Assembly: GCA_045652245.1 (NCBI GenBank)
Contig: JAZRTY010000043.1
Location: 501 to 64,500 of the forward strand
DNA: 64,000 nt
Reading direction: 5' to 3'
From: Eubacteriales bacterium
GTDB lineage: Bacteria > Bacillota > Clostridia > Oscillospirales > CAG-382
A model generated the notes under the pieces. It was not told where the DNA came from. It saw only the letters and a list, made by a program, of their open reading frames with translations, and ran no database searches. Within the stretch, counting starts at the first letter, position 1; every line of letters begins with the position of its first letter. Both the position numbers and the translations under genes were made by a program. Positions 19,258-28,377 of this stretch are shown piece after piece.

Positions 19258-20097
19258 ATGAAAAAAGTAAACTTGCGTTCCCCGTATAACGAAAAATATT
19301 TTTACCACGACTGGAAAGTAAAAAATCCTTTTCTGCATATGTTCGGAGCAGGTATTGTATATCAGGACGACAGATATCACTATTCCACCATTCGTGACAC
19401 ATACCTGTTTGAATACATAATCAAGGGTAAGGGGTATATAGAATGTAACGGTAACAGGTATACCGTAAGTCAGGGGGATACGATAATTGTAAAAAAAGGT
19501 GTTAAAATGAAATATGGTTCAGACAAAAAAGAGCCTTATACAAAAATATGGTTCAGTGTAATAGGGAGCTTCCCAGATGAACTTTATAAATGCTACGATA
19601 ACAAGAATGAGCCTGAATTAATTATAAAACATGTAAACACTTACCCTCTTTTTGAAAAAATACTTCGGCATCTGAGCCTTGAGCAGGTAAGCGTGGACGT
19701 TTGCTCACATATAATACTTGACATTATTCTCGCAATCAGAGACCTGAACAGTAATCTTAACGGTAAGGTTGAAAATATCGCCGAGCAGCTGAAATTTTTT
19801 ATAGATTCTTTTCCTCAAAGCAATATAGATATAGAGACAATCATATCGCAGTATGCCGTATCAAAAAGAACTGCAGTAAGACTTTTCCGTGAAAGGTACG
19901 GTATTACCCCGATAAAATACTTAAAAGAAGCAAAGCTTGAAAAGGGCTGTGAGCTATTGAAAAACAGCACCCTCACCGTCAGTGAAATTTCAGAAATTCT
20001 CGGCTTTTGCGACCAGAGTTATTTTTCTACCGAATTTATGAAAAAATACCGAGTTTACCCCTCTGTTTACCGAAAAGAAATATTACGCAATACTTGA
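19258..20097 (+). CDS. AraC-family transcriptional regulator (cupin sensor plus HTH)
   Basis: C-terminal double HTH (SQYAVSKRTAVRLFRERYGITPIKYL ... ISEILGFCDQSYFSTEFMKKY). Start set at the ATG (MKKVNL), because the track start at 19249 is a TTG. Confidence 0.9.
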   Translation: MKKVNLRSPYNEKYFYHDWKVKNPFLHMFGAGIVYQDDRYHYSTIRDTYLFEYIIKGKGYIECNGNRYTVSQGDTIIVKKGVKMKYGSDKKEPYTKIWFSVIGSFPDELYKCYDNKNEPELIIKHVNTYPLFEKILRHLSLEQVSVDVCSHIILDIILAIRDLNSNLNGKVENIAEQLKFFIDSFPQSNIDIETIISQYAVSKRTAVRLFRERYGITPIKYLKEAKLEKGCELLKNSTLTVSEISEILGFCDQSYFSTEFMKKYRVYPSVYRKEILRNT

Positions 20098-20160
20098 AAT
20101 ATTCATATTTTTAGTGTAATATATATGTAAAGAAATACACTTACGAAAGGAAATACTATT

Positions 20161-20379
20161 ATGAAGTACAAAATAGAACTTGTTACATTTAAAGACATCA
20201 ATGATTTCGTAAAGACAGTTGAACACTATGATTTCAAAGTAAAGCTCACAGACGGAGATTCCTTCTGCGTAAATGCCAAGAGTCTTATGGGTGCTATGGC
20301 AACTGTTGAATGGGATAACCTTTACTGTGAATCGGAAAAGGATATTTACAACGATATTCAGAAGTACGTTGTAGACTAA
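20161..20379 (+). CDS. HPr-like small protein lacking the His15 phosphorylation segment
   Basis: 72 aa. NAKSLMGAMA resembles the HPr Ser46 region (KSIMGVMSLG), but no GLHARPA-type His15 motif is present. Confidence 0.6.
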   Translation: MKYKIELVTFKDINDFVKTVEHYDFKVKLTDGDSFCVNAKSLMGAMATVEWDNLYCESEKDIYNDIQKYVVD

Positions 20380-20396
20380 AAAACAGAACAATAAAG

Positions 20397-20428
20397 AACG
20401 GTGTCGAAAATTCGACACCGTTTTTGTT
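20397..20428. terminator. Bidirectional terminator between convergent genes
   Basis: cggtgtcg-aaaatt-cgacaccg followed by TTTTT. Confidence 0.8.
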
Positions 20429-21568
20429 TTACAGCTTCGATACAAGATATTCCCCGAACTGTGCACAAGTTGCACCGTCGGTATTTCCCGTAACTTGTAC
20501 TTTTCCTTCACTCTCACAAAGGTTCAGGGCATCCTCGAGCTTCTGAGCCTTATTTACAAGCCCTATATGGCGAAGAAGCATCGCCAACGCCTTAAGAATA
20601 CTCTGTGGGTTTGCATATTCTCCGATTCCCTCTTCAATCATACGGGGAGCTGAACCGTGAATAGCCTCAAACATCGCATATCTGTCTCCGATATTCGCAC
20701 TTCCGGCAGTACCGACACCACCCTGAATTTGCGCAGCCTCATCGGTAATGATATCACCGTAAAGATTCGGTAACACGAACACCTGGAATTTATCTCTGAT
20801 AGCTTCGTTTACAAGGTTTGCACTCATAATATCGATATACCAGTCCTCGGCAACTATACCCGGATATTCCGAAGCTATTTCGTGACAGATTGCAGAGAAC
20901 TTTCCGTCGGTTTTCTTCATAATATTAGCCTTTGTTACAATTGAAACGCTTGTCTTTCCGTTATTTTTTGCGTATTCAAAGGCAGCTCTTGCAATTCTTC
21001 TCGTACCTGCATTGGTTGTAACCTTAAAGTCAAAGGCAAGCTTATCCGGTACTTCAAACCCACTGCTTCCGAGGACATATTCGCCCTCTGTGTTTTCACG
21101 GTAGAAAATCCAGTCGATATTTTTTTCGGGGACAGATACCGGACGCACATTTGCATAAAGGTCAAGCTCACGGCGAAGTGTTACATTTGCACTTTCCATA
21201 CTACCACCCTTGGGTGTTGTTGTCGGCCCCTTGAGCAATACGTCACATTCCTTAATTTTCGCAAGGACATCACTCGGTACCGGCTCGTTCTTTGCAAGTC
21301 TGTTCTCTATTGTAAGACCCTCGATTTCACGAAGCTCTATCTTGCCATTTGTAATTTCTTCTTGTAGCAGCTTTTCGGCTACTTTCTTTGCCTCATCAAC
21401 TATTATCGGACCTATTCCGTCGCCACCGATAATTCCTATTATAATTTTTTCTTTCTTTGAAAAGTCTGTTCTTTGCGCGTTTTTCTCCATTCTTTCGCAT
21501 CTTTCAAGCTGCTTTTCAAGAAGACTGCGAAAATGGACGCAGTATTCATCTATATTGTAATTTGACAT
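20429..21568 (-). CDS. icd: Isocitrate dehydrogenase (isocitrate/isopropylmalate dehydrogenase family)
   Basis: IGIIGGDGIGPEI-like N-terminal motif, NLYGDIITDEAAQIQGGVG, and its position after aconitase. Start at MSNYNID (ATG 21568), preceded by AGAGGAAAG. Confidence 0.88.
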   Translation of the reverse strand: MSNYNIDEYCVHFRSLLEKQLERCERMEKNAQRTDFSKKEKIIIGIIGGDGIGPIIVDEAKKVAEKLLQEEITNGKIELREIEGLTIENRLAKNEPVPSDVLAKIKECDVLLKGPTTTPKGGSMESANVTLRRELDLYANVRPVSVPEKNIDWIFYRENTEGEYVLGSSGFEVPDKLAFDFKVTTNAGTRRIARAAFEYAKNNGKTSVSIVTKANIMKKTDGKFSAICHEIASEYPGIVAEDWYIDIMSANLVNEAIRDKFQVFVLPNLYGDIITDEAAQIQGGVGTAGSANIGDRYAMFEAIHGSAPRMIEEGIGEYANPQSILKALAMLLRHIGLVNKAQKLEDALNLCESEGKVQVTGNTDGATCAQFGEYLVSKL

Positions 21569-21581
21569 ATTCTTTCCTCTT

Positions 21582-23513
21582 TTATTTGTTTTTTTCTTTT
21601 GTGTAGCCAAGAAGCCCACCGCACTTGAGCATTTCCTTTTGTCTTTCACTAAAAGAGCAATTAAGTGTATAGCTTTCATTCTTTGTCTTATTCACAAGGG
21701 TAATTTCACCACTGTCCATTCCTTCGTAAATATTGCAAACAGAAAGCTCGTCGCCCTGCGATAATTTATCATAATCGTCGGCATTTTTAAAGGTAAGTGG
21801 CAGAATTCCTGCGTTTATAAGGTTTGCAACGTGAATTCTTGCAAAGCTCTTTGCAATAACACATCTTACGCCAAGATAAAGTGGAACAAGTGCTGCGTGC
21901 TCACGGGAAGAGCCTTGTCCGTAGTTTGAGCCACCGACAATTATGCTGTTACCTTGTGCCTTTGCTCTTTCCGGGAAGCTTTCGTCACATACTGCAAAGC
22001 AGAATTTTGAAAGATACGGAATATTTGAACGGAAGGGAAGAATTTTAGCACCTGCCGGCATTATGTGGTCGGTTGTAATATTGTCACCAACCTTCAGTAC
22101 AAGGGGAGCTGAAATTTCATCTGTAACAGGATATGTATCGGGGAATTTCTTTATATTGGGACCTCTCTGGATTTCTATGCTGTCTGCTTCAGCTTCACTT
22201 GCAGGAAGAATAATTGCACTATCGTCAATTTTGAAGCTTTCAGGCATTGTAACAGTCGGCATATCCCCAAGCAGCATAGGATTGTAAATTTCGCCTGTAA
22301 GAGCTGCTGCTACTGCAGTTTCGGGAGAACAAAGATAAACCTGTCCGTCTGCCGTTCCACTTCTGCCCTCGAAGTTACGGTTAAAGGTACGAAGGGAAAC
22401 ACCACCGGAATTTGGTGAAAAGCCCATACCGATACAAGGGCCACACGCACACTCAAGCACTCTTGCGCCTGATGCTATAATATCCGAAAGTGCGCCACAA
22501 TCGGAAAGCATACGAAGTACCTGCTTTGAACCGGGTGAAATTGAAAGGCTGACATCGGTATTTACCGTCTTTCCCTTGAGAAGTGCTGCAACCTTTAGCA
22601 TATCAAAGAGTGAAGAGTTAGTACAAGAGCCGATACAAACCTGATTTACCTTTGTCCCCTTGAGGGATGCAACCGTTGCTATATTATCAGGTGAATGAGG
22701 ACACGCAATAAGAGGCTCAAGAGTAGATAAATCAATATCTATAATTCTGTCATAAACTGCATCCTCATCGCTTGAAAGCTCGATATAGTCCTCTCCTCTG
22801 CCCTCGGCTTCAAGGAACTTTTTTGTAATTTCATCAGACGGGAAAATAGAGGTAGTAGCGCCAAGCTCTGTTCCCATATTTGTGATTGTCGCACGTTCCG
22901 GAACAGACAAAGTCTTTATTCCCTCGCCACCCCATTCGATAATTGCGCCAACTCCACCTTTAACAGAGAGAATACGGAGTATTTCAAGGCTTACGTCCTT
23001 TGCTGTCACAAACGGACGAAGCTTTCCTGTAAGGTTAACCTTATACATTTTCGGCATTGTGATATAGTATTCACCACCACCCATGGCAACTGCGACATCA
23101 AGTCCACCTGCACCAAAGGCAAGCATACCGATACCACCACCTGTAGGAGTGTGGCTGTCAGAGCCGATAAGGGTTTTGCCGGGTTTTCCGAAGCGTTCAA
23201 GATGTACCTGATGACAGATACCGTTTCCGGGACGTGAAAAGTAAATTCCGTGTTTTTTTGCTATACTTGCGATAAATCTGTGATCGTCTGCATTTTCAAA
23301 GCCACACTGCAAGGTATTGTGGTCAATATACGCCACACTTCTCTCGGTACGAACTCTCGGAATTCCCATAGCCTCAAATTCAAGATATGCCATAGTCCCC
23401 GTTGCGTCCTGCGTTAATGTCTGGTCAATTTTCAGCGCAATTTCAGAGCCGGGTATCATATCCCCGGAAACGAGATGCGATTTTATTATTTTTTGTGCTA
23501 TTGTAAGTCCCAT
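21582..23513 (-). CDS. Aconitate hydratase (fused large and small/swivel domains)
   Basis: 643 aa. Fe-S ligand regions (GSDSHT, CIGSCTNSS, CGPCIGMG). C-terminal swivel domain (GGSNYGQGSSREHAA). Confidence 0.93.
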   Translation of the reverse strand: MGLTIAQKIIKSHLVSGDMIPGSEIALKIDQTLTQDATGTMAYLEFEAMGIPRVRTERSVAYIDHNTLQCGFENADDHRFIASIAKKHGIYFSRPGNGICHQVHLERFGKPGKTLIGSDSHTPTGGGIGMLAFGAGGLDVAVAMGGGEYYITMPKMYKVNLTGKLRPFVTAKDVSLEILRILSVKGGVGAIIEWGGEGIKTLSVPERATITNMGTELGATTSIFPSDEITKKFLEAEGRGEDYIELSSDEDAVYDRIIDIDLSTLEPLIACPHSPDNIATVASLKGTKVNQVCIGSCTNSSLFDMLKVAALLKGKTVNTDVSLSISPGSKQVLRMLSDCGALSDIIASGARVLECACGPCIGMGFSPNSGGVSLRTFNRNFEGRSGTADGQVYLCSPETAVAAALTGEIYNPMLLGDMPTVTMPESFKIDDSAIILPASEAEADSIEIQRGPNIKKFPDTYPVTDEISAPLVLKVGDNITTDHIMPAGAKILPFRSNIPYLSKFCFAVCDESFPERAKAQGNSIIVGGSNYGQGSSREHAALVPLYLGVRCVIAKSFARIHVANLINAGILPLTFKNADDYDKLSQGDELSVCNIYEGMDSGEITLVNKTKNESYTLNCSFSERQKEMLKCGGLLGYTKEKNK

Positions 23514-23542
23514 TTTAATCTCCTTATGTTTGCTAATAAATA

Positions 23543-24187
23543 TTAGTTGTCTGTATTGTTAAGTATATGGTCTCTTGCGTTCTTTATGTGCTTTACAGTA
23601 AGCTCTTCTGCAAGAACGGTGTTTCCCGAAATTATTGCATTACAGATTTCCCTGTGTTCACTTGAAGAGTTTTTAGCTCTGTTACTGTTCTGAACAGATG
23701 CCTTTCTGTATTTCATAACCTTTTTATGTAAGGGGTAGAGTGTATCGAAAAGCACCGTACTGCCCGAGAGCTTATATAGCGTTTCGTGGAATTTTGAGTC
23801 CATATTCTTAATATTATCGGCATCACCCTTTTCGGTATAAAATTCCTGGAGCTCAACTATATCAAGAAGCTCTTTTTTTCCTTGTTCGGTTATATTTTCT
23901 GCTGCCATTTTTGCAGCAAGTCCCTCTGTACGCACTCTTATTTCATACATATCACGTATGTCCTTTTCGGAAATACCGATAACCGATGCACCCTTGGAGG
24001 TGAGTTCAACTATTCTTTCCTGCTCAAGTCTGCGAATAGCCTCTCGAATCGGGGTCCTGCTGACACCAAGCTTTTCCGACAGGCTGATTTCTGTGAAAAT
24101 TTCACCTCGTGAATAAACTCCCGTGAGAATTTCGTGTTCAAGCTGTTCAAATATCTGGTCTGCAAGAGATACTGTCTTGTGTTCCAT
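23543..24187 (-). CDS. GntR/FadR-family transcriptional regulator (FCD domain)
   Basis: N-terminal wHTH (EISLSEKLGVSRTPIREAIRRLEQERIV) plus an all-helical C-terminal domain. Confidence 0.9.
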   Translation of the reverse strand: MEHKTVSLADQIFEQLEHEILTGVYSRGEIFTEISLSEKLGVSRTPIREAIRRLEQERIVELTSKGASVIGISEKDIRDMYEIRVRTEGLAAKMAAENITEQGKKELLDIVELQEFYTEKGDADNIKNMDSKFHETLYKLSGSTVLFDTLYPLHKKVMKYRKASVQNSNRAKNSSSEHREICNAIISGNTVLAEELTVKHIKNARDHILNNTDN

Positions 24188-24211
24188 AATCTTATTCCTT
24201 TCTAAAAAAAC

Positions 24212-25585
24212 TTAGACTCTGAAGTTTTCGCCGGATATTTCTTCTATCTTCCTCTCAATTTCGCTGCTTGAAAGCGAGGACTGTCTGCCACCCTCGTATT
24301 CCTTATCAATCCATTCCTTAAGCGATATAACAAGGGGAGATTTCTTATCAACTGCGCGTTCTGCGCTCAGGTCATAGTAGTCGTTAATCCAATATGCGAT
24401 ACCTGCAAGACCACTTGTCTTGCTTATCATAACAGAGGCTTTTCTGTTGAGAATTTTCTTTGTATCAAAAATATTGTATATTTCCTCATCCTTAAGTAAA
24501 CCGTCAGCATGAATACCTGCTCTTGTACAGTTGAAGTTCTTGCCGACAAACGGAGTCATCGGCGGAATTCTGTAACCCATATTTTCCTTGAAGTACTGTG
24601 CAATTTCTGTAATCACTGTCGGCTGCATTCCGTCAAGAGAGCCACGAAGTGACGCATATTCAAATACCATCGCTTCAAGTGGAATATTACCTGTTCTCTC
24701 TCCAATACCGAGCAGTGAACAGTTAACTGCGCACGCACCGTACAGCCATGCAGTAGACGCATTTGCAACAGCTTTATAGAAGTCATTATGTCCGTGCCAT
24801 TCAAGCATTTCCGAAGGAACATCCGAGTAGTGCTGAAGTCCGTAGATAATGCCGGGAACGCTTCTCGGAAGTGCTACCTCGGTATACGGAACGCCGTAAC
24901 CCATTGTATCACAGGCTCTTATTTTTACGGGAATTCCTGCATCCTGTGCCATTTTCTGAAGCTCATTTACAAAGGGTACTACAAAGCCATAGAAGTCGGC
25001 ACGTGTTATATCCTCAAAATGACATCTCGGATAAACTCCTGCTTCAAATGCCTCAGCAACTGTTGCCAAGTACATTTTCATACATTCGCTTCTGCTCATT
25101 TTGAGTTTTTTGAAAATATGATAGTCACTACAGCTGACAAGGATACCCGTTTCACGGATTCCAAGGTCACGAACGAGCTTGAAGTCTTCTTTTGTAGCCC
25201 TTATCCAGGTTGTGATTTCCGGGAACTTAAGTCCTAAGTCCTGACATCTCTGTATTGCCTCCCTGTCCTTTTTGGAGTAAACGAAAAATTCTGTCTGTCT
25301 GATAATTCCGTAAGGACCCCCGAGCTTTGACATAAGAGAATAAAGGTCTACAATCTGCTGTACAGAATAAGGCTCAACCGATTGCTGTCCGTCTCGAAAA
25401 GAAGTATCTGTTATCCAGATTTCCTCCGGCATTCCCATAGGCACTCGTCTGTGGTTGAAGGATACCTTCGGTATTTCTTCGTAAGGATATATATCACGGT
25501 ACAGATTCGGATCTGTTACTTCCTGAAGCTGATATCTGTAGCTTTTTTGTTCAAGCAGGTTTGTTTTTGATGATATTTCGAGCAT
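24212..25585 (-). CDS. Homocitrate/2-isopropylmalate synthase-family enzyme, probable Re-face citrate synthase
   Basis: HMGL-like barrel (ITDTSFRDGQQS, HGHNDFYKAVAN). The Re-citrate synthase assignment is inferred from its operon with aconitase and isocitrate dehydrogenase and from the known clostridial enzyme family. Confidence 0.75.
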   Translation of the reverse strand: MLEISSKTNLLEQKSYRYQLQEVTDPNLYRDIYPYEEIPKVSFNHRRVPMGMPEEIWITDTSFRDGQQSVEPYSVQQIVDLYSLMSKLGGPYGIIRQTEFFVYSKKDREAIQRCQDLGLKFPEITTWIRATKEDFKLVRDLGIRETGILVSCSDYHIFKKLKMSRSECMKMYLATVAEAFEAGVYPRCHFEDITRADFYGFVVPFVNELQKMAQDAGIPVKIRACDTMGYGVPYTEVALPRSVPGIIYGLQHYSDVPSEMLEWHGHNDFYKAVANASTAWLYGACAVNCSLLGIGERTGNIPLEAMVFEYASLRGSLDGMQPTVITEIAQYFKENMGYRIPPMTPFVGKNFNCTRAGIHADGLLKDEEIYNIFDTKKILNRKASVMISKTSGLAGIAYWINDYYDLSAERAVDKKSPLVISLKEWIDKEYEGGRQSSLSSSEIERKIEEISGENFRV

Positions 25586-25610
25586 TTGTATTCCACCTCT
25601 CTTGTATTAA

Positions 25611-25647
25611 TGTATACAATTATACAACAATATTTGTGTTTTGTCAA
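25611..25647 (-). promoter_or_regulatory. Promoter of the citrate synthase operon with an embedded GTATAC-type repeat (candidate GntR operator)
   Basis: Minus strand reads TTGACA (25642-25647), 17 nt, TATAAT (25619-25624). The sequence TTGTATAATTGTATACA (25611-25629) overlaps the -10 box. Confidence 0.55.
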
Positions 25648-25737
25648 GGGCAAATGCAAAAGTTTCTGTATTTTAAAATATTTTCTGTTTTGGAAGCATA
25701 TGAAAATATAAGTGATTTTATCCTCAAATACTTTTTA

Positions 25738-25797
25738 TTACGGGGGATAAAATCCCCCGTAAAAAGAAAAAGCAGGAAAGAAATTCTCCCCTGCTTA
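25738..25797 (-). terminator. Two tandem hairpins downstream of the kinase gene
   Basis: agcagggg...tcctgct followed by a T-run, and tacggggga-tttta-tcccccgta. Confidence 0.6.
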
Positions 25798-25805
25798 TAC
25801 TGTAT

Positions 25806-26903
25806 TTACTTGTTATAGTATTTCTTCACAATAGCTTCAAGCTCGTCCCACTTGTTTTCCATATCCTCAACAAGCTTCAGCTGTGTACGTGCTCTATCGA
25901 GATTATGACCATCATAATGAATTTTAAAGTATGTATCTCCTTCAAGATAGTCTGTCAGGAAGCGAATTCCACACTCAAGAGTCATAGTTTTTGCACCGAA
26001 CACAAGAAGCTCTACTTCTTTTTCGGTTATTCTGTCACCGAGCGCTTCAAGGAAGCCCTTTGTGTAAGCTTCGAAAAGCTCAAACTCAACCTTTACCTTT
26101 GACAGGTCCTTTTCGTCCTCGGCAGCATACGTAGCACCAAATCTTATTGAGTCACCATAATCATAGAGCATAGAACCGGGCATTACCGTGTCAAGGTCAA
26201 TAACCGCTATAAAGTTATCCTTTTCGTCAAGGAGAACGTTATTAAGCTTTGTATCGTTATGTGTTACACGAAGTGGAATTTCCTGCTTCGCAAGAGCATT
26301 TACAATTTTTCCTGCCTCCTGCTTTCTTGCAAGGGCAAATTCAACCTCTTTCTGAACATTTGCAAGTCTGCCGCACTTATCCTGTGCTATCGCCTTTTCA
26401 AGATTTTCAAATCTCCATATAGTATTATGGAAATTTTCGATAGTTTCATAAAGCTTATCTGCGGGAAAGTCTGAAAGCATATTCTGGAAGGTACCGAACG
26501 CCTTTGCAGCAAGATACAGATGCTCGGGTTTCTCTGCCTTGTTGTAAACCATGCCTTCAATAAAGGTGTAAAGTCTGAAGTGCTCGTTTTCTTCACTCAC
26601 GAAGTGGTTTTTTCCGTCCTTGGTCTTTACAACCGTCAGGCACTTCTGAACCGTATTATCCTTCATCTGTGCAAGTTTATTTTCAATATGCTCAAGAACC
26701 TCACAGATATTACTCATAACCTGGTCGGGCTTTTTAAATACATTCGTATTTATTCTCTGAAGGGTGTACTTTGTTCCCTTATCGGTTTTTATAAGGAATG
26801 TATTGTTTATATGTCCGCCGCCAAAGGGCTCTGCCAAAACCGGAGTTCCGTCTGTTACAAATTTCTTTGCAACCTCTATGCAATAATTAGCCGTTAATTC
26901 CAT
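25806..26903 (-). CDS. N-acetylhexosamine 1-kinase-like sugar anomeric kinase (APH/NahK family)
   Basis: FGGGHINNTFLI...YTLQRINTNVFK closely resembles the NahK N-terminal signature. HNDTKLNNVL catalytic loop and IDLDTV are present. Confidence 0.82.
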   Translation of the reverse strand: MELTANYCIEVAKKFVTDGTPVLAEPFGGGHINNTFLIKTDKGTKYTLQRINTNVFKKPDQVMSNICEVLEHIENKLAQMKDNTVQKCLTVVKTKDGKNHFVSEENEHFRLYTFIEGMVYNKAEKPEHLYLAAKAFGTFQNMLSDFPADKLYETIENFHNTIWRFENLEKAIAQDKCGRLANVQKEVEFALARKQEAGKIVNALAKQEIPLRVTHNDTKLNNVLLDEKDNFIAVIDLDTVMPGSMLYDYGDSIRFGATYAAEDEKDLSKVKVEFELFEAYTKGFLEALGDRITEKEVELLVFGAKTMTLECGIRFLTDYLEGDTYFKIHYDGHNLDRARTQLKLVEDMENKWDELEAIVKKYYNK

Positions 26904-27756
26904 CGTATTTCCCCTCCGAAATAAGCTGTCCTATTGCCTGTACAACCTCTGCCTTGTCTTCCTTGTAGGTCATACCGTACCACTTATTGACATTTTTGAA
27001 TACCTTAACCTTTGTCTTACCTCTCTTTATAAGGTTATCAACAACAGTTACGATATAAAATTCGTCCTTCATAAGGTCGGCGTTCTGCATAAAGTCGTTA
27101 AAGTCGTTTTCTATTTCCGTAAACACCTCAGGAGTAAAGCCCCAGAGATTCATTGATACAATTGTACCCTTCGGAAGCTTTGTCCAGGTTTCGCCGCCGT
27201 CCTCGGTGTATTCAAGCTTTGAATTTATTTTTGTGCGTTCTGTTATTCCCTTAAGATAGCCGCATCTTACATTACACACGCCTCTTGCAACAGTGCCGTT
27301 TTCCGTGATTGTATTTTCAAGAAGATAGCCTACCATTGCACAGTCAAGTCCTTTGGCATTGTCAAGATACTTTTTAATTTCTACAAAGGCATCACAGCCA
27401 TAATAGTCATCGGCATTTATGAGCGCAAAGGGAGTTTTAACCACATCACGGCAACAGTAAATTGCGTGTCCTGTTCCCATCGGCTTTGTTCTGCCCTCGG
27501 GGACTATCGACATATCCTGCATAACGTATTCAACGTCAATCATTTTTTCTATTCTCTTGCCGACAAGCTCACGGAAGTCCTTTTCTATTTCTTCCTTAAT
27601 TATGAATACAACCTTATTAAAGCCTGCTTTTTTCGCATCAAAAACTGAATAATCAAGTATCGCTCTGCCATCCGGTGAAACCGGCTCCATCTGCTTAAGT
27701 CCACCAAAACGGCTTCCCATACCGGCTGCCATTACAACAAGTGTTGCGTCGCTCAT
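26887..27756 (-). CDS. Sugar-1-phosphate nucleotidyltransferase
   Basis: MAAGMGSRFGGLKQ glycine-rich NTP-binding loop. Start at MSDATLV (ATG 27756), preceded by AGGAAGGA. Its 3' end overlaps the start of the downstream kinase gene by 17 nt. Confidence 0.85.
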   Translation of the reverse strand: MSDATLVVMAAGMGSRFGGLKQMEPVSPDGRAILDYSVFDAKKAGFNKVVFIIKEEIEKDFRELVGKRIEKMIDVEYVMQDMSIVPEGRTKPMGTGHAIYCCRDVVKTPFALINADDYYGCDAFVEIKKYLDNAKGLDCAMVGYLLENTITENGTVARGVCNVRCGYLKGITERTKINSKLEYTEDGGETWTKLPKGTIVSMNLWGFTPEVFTEIENDFNDFMQNADLMKDEFYIVTVVDNLIKRGKTKVKVFKNVNKWYGMTYKEDKAEVVQAIGQLISEGKYDGING

Positions 27757-27948
27757 AACATAATTTCCTTCCTGTATGTAATTTATGCAGGTAAAGCTCT
27801 GCAAAACCTGCAAATTTATAGTATGCAATACATTATATACCACTTACTGTATATTGTACCACAACTAATTTCTGTTGTCAATAAAAAACACCTTATTAAA
27901 ACTACATATACACATTTAACGAAATATAATGTACCTTTTTGCAAAATA

Positions 27949-28377
27949 TTACTTTTTATGGTCTATTATTTTAAGAAAAGCCGACACCGTAATTATTCCC
28001 ATTGCAATTGCAAGGGCAATCCCGATTGTTGAAAGCCCCTTATCAAAAAACATTGCCCATTCCTTAAGGAAGGCATATCGCATTGTGTAGTACAGCGAGC
28101 CTCCCGGTACAAGCGGCAGAATTCCCGGTATAAGAAGGCTTATTGCAGGCGTTTTGAGTACTCTTGCAAAAATTTCCGAATATATCCCTATTGAAAGCGA
28201 CGCCATATAATAGCACACAACCTCCGAGGTGGATATCTGTGCAAAAAGCAAATAAACCGCCCAGGAAAGAGCACCTGCGAGAGTCAGCCATATAAGATGC
28301 TGCTTTTTTGAATAAAAAAAGAGTGAAAACCCTAAAGTGCCGAGTGCACCTGTCAATATTTGCATTGCAGCCTCCAT
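27949..28377 (-). CDS. Threonine/serine exporter family protein, small subunit (ThrE_2 / YjjB-like)
   Basis: 142-aa polytopic membrane protein immediately downstream of and abutting the ThrE-type gene. Confidence 0.8.
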   Translation of the reverse strand: MEAAMQILTGALGTLGFSLFFYSKKQHLIWLTLAGALSWAVYLLFAQISTSEVVCYYMASLSIGIYSEIFARVLKTPAISLLIPGILPLVPGGSLYYTMRYAFLKEWAMFFDKGLSTIGIALAIAMGIITVSAFLKIIDHKK

